From the sequence record OR637327.1: a stretch of 64,000 bases of DNA; one strand, given 5' to 3'. The position numbers were made by a program, and so were the translations under genes. The stretch is from Klebsiella phage iPHaGe-KPN-11i. Shown here piece after piece: positions 62,677 through 64,000 of this stretch (its first letter is position 1; every line of letters starts with the position of its first letter). The notes under the pieces are model-generated. The model was not told where the DNA came from, searched no databases, and saw nothing but the letters and a program-made list of their open reading frames with translations.

Positions 62677-62840
62677 TGCCAACATATACCTATAAATGCA
62701 CCAAGTGCGAAAAAGAATTCCCGAAAATGTCCAGCATCGCAAGCCGCGACGAACCGAAAGATTGTGATTGCGGGGGCGAGGCGAAACGAACGGTTGATAA
62801 GCCGCAGATGGTGAAAGACGGATTCCCGTACAACAAGTAA
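62676..62840 (+). CDS. small zinc-ribbon protein (CxxC...CxCG, FmdB-like)
   Basis: MPTYTYKCTKCEKEF...CDCGG; TAATG overlap with the upstream ORF. Confidence 0.45.
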   Translation: MPTYTYKCTKCEKEFPKMSSIASRDEPKDCDCGGEAKRTVDKPQMVKDGFPYNK

Positions 62841-62864
62841 ACCCCGAAAGGGGTTTTCTTTTTC
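62841..62864 (+). terminator. rho-independent terminator
   Basis: accccgaaaggggttttctttttc. Confidence 0.6.
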
Positions 62865-62907
62865 ATAGAACCCTATATAATGCCTGAGAACTAATAAAGA
62901 GGTGAAT

Positions 62908-64000
62908 ATGAGTTTAGATTTCTTAATGGACGATAACGAGCCGCAGAAAGCACCAGAAGCCCCAGCAAAGGGCGCTAAGGTGGATGAATCATTCTGCTTG
63001 AGCGACCGCGATCATATTCGCAAACGTCCGAATATGTACGTGGGTTCAGTGAACAAAGAAGCCCATGAACGTTTTATCATGGGGCAATTCCGCAAAGTGG
63101 AATACGTGGAAGGGTTGGTGAAAATCATCAACGAAATCCTGGATAACTCCATCGACGAAGCGATCCGAACTGATTTCAAATATGCGAACAAAATCGAAGT
63201 GAAGATTGATCACAATCTGGTCACTATTTCGGACAACGGACGCGGTATTCCACAAGATGACGTGAGAACGCCAGAAGGGAAGATTGTTCCTAAACCTGTT
63301 GCAGCATGGACAATGGCTAAATCCGGTTCTAACTTCGATGACGAAAACCGCGTAACAATGGGGATGAACGGTGTAGGTTCTTTCCTGACAAACTGTTACA
63401 GCGCGATCTTTATCGGTGAGACATCCAACGGTAAACGCAAAGTCACGATCAACTGTACGGACGGGGCGCAGAACATGGATTACCGCACCAGCCCGACGAA
63501 GGAGCAAGGGACAACCGTTAAGTTTACCCCTGACTTCTCTATCTTCGGCGTGGACGGTATCGACGAAGAGACAAAGGAAGTCATCAAAGATCGCCTTATG
63601 GCGCTTGCAGTGGCTTTCCCTGCCGTTAAATTCACATATAACGGTGATATCCTCCCGAACAAATTCGCGATGTATGGCGCGATGTACGGTGATAAAACGA
63701 TTACCCAGACAAACAACAAAATCAGTTTCATCCTGGCGAGCACAGAAGACGGTTTCAAACAGAAATCCTTCGTTAACGGATTGGATACGAAAAACGGCGG
63801 TGTTCATGTTGACACCATGATCGACGGTATCTATTCCGAACTCGAACCGATGATCAAGAAAACACACGCTATCGAGATCCCAAAAGCCCGTGTAAAAGAA
63901 TGCTTGACTTTGGTTGTGTTTTTGCATAACTTCAATGCACCAGCTTTTGATAGTCAGACGAAAGAAAAACTGACTAACACCGCTGGGGAGTTCAACAACC
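62908..64000 (+). CDS. 39: DNA topoisomerase II large subunit gp39 (GyrB-like ATPase), 3' partial
   Basis: RPNMYVGS...HERF...VEGLVKIINEILDNSIDEAIR...ISDNGRGIP matches T4 gp39 and the GHKL ATPase Bergerat fold; runs off the window end. Confidence 0.9.
   Translation, partial: MSLDFLMDDNEPQKAPEAPAKGAKVDESFCLSDRDHIRKRPNMYVGSVNKEAHERFIMGQFRKVEYVEGLVKIINEILDNSIDEAIRTDFKYANKIEVKIDHNLVTISDNGRGIPQDDVRTPEGKIVPKPVAAWTMAKSGSNFDDENRVTMGMNGVGSFLTNCYSAIFIGETSNGKRKVTINCTDGAQNMDYRTSPTKEQGTTVKFTPDFSIFGVDGIDEETKEVIKDRLMALAVAFPAVKFTYNGDILPNKFAMYGAMYGDKTITQTNNKISFILASTEDGFKQKSFVNGLDTKNGGVHVDTMIDGIYSELEPMIKKTHAIEIPKARVKECLTLVVFLHNFNAPAFDSQTKEKLTNTAGEFNN

Noticed and set aside
1-64000. CRISPR array, integrase/transposase or prophage boundary
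   Set aside because: No short direct repeats with regular spacers. No tyrosine or serine recombinase or transposase motifs. Coding is continuous phage-like throughout.

Overview
The window is a segment of a T4-like (Tevenvirinae/Straboviridae-type) myovirus genome. Gene density is near 95% and no host-like genes are seen. These T4 homologs were recognised directly from their translated sequences: baseplate genes 25, 26-like, 51-like, 54, 48, 29, 28 and 27; DNA ligase gp30; rIII, gp31 (co-chaperonin) and dCMP deaminase; PseT kinase/phosphatase with a spanin pair; RNA ligase 1; endonuclease II (denA); nrdB, nrdA, td, frd; gp46 and gp47 (recombination nuclease); late sigma factor gp55. After a divergent promoter region the rightward early block follows: rnh, dsbA, gp33, gp59, gp32, gp45, gp44, gp62, regA, gp43 (DNA polymerase), uvsX, a gp40-like ORF, gp41, gp61, dCTPase gp56, dda, dexA, denV and the start of gp39. 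Two tRNAs sit on the minus strand next to rIII: tRNA-Gly(UCC) and a CAU-anticodon tRNA. Compared with my memory of the T4 map the genome is rearranged. The imm/42/beta-gt genes are missing between 43 and uvsX, alpha-gt is missing between 47 and 55, and alc is missing between 63 and pseT. The rnh-to-32 block is fused directly to 45, and the baseplate block 28-29-48-54 is inverted relative to 27. Accessory content worth a second look: a family of repeated cassettes (terminator hairpin, sigma70-like promoter, conserved leader, resembling T4-type PeSL elements) that flank unknown ORFs; an HNH-AP2 homing endonuclease abutting the ligase gene; a low-GC Cys-rich nuclease-like ORF; a 591-aa J-domain protein; a GrcA-like glycyl-radical spare-part protein; a NADAR/YbiA-family protein; an acidic protein overlapping an orphan gamma-class N6-adenine methyltransferase; a second MazG-like domain protein; a small LysM protein; and several blocks of ORFs with no recognisable function (1677-5081, 12279-13638, 16354-20491, 57032-62840). 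No CRISPR array, no group I intron interrupting td, nrdB or gene 43, and no integrase or transposase were seen.
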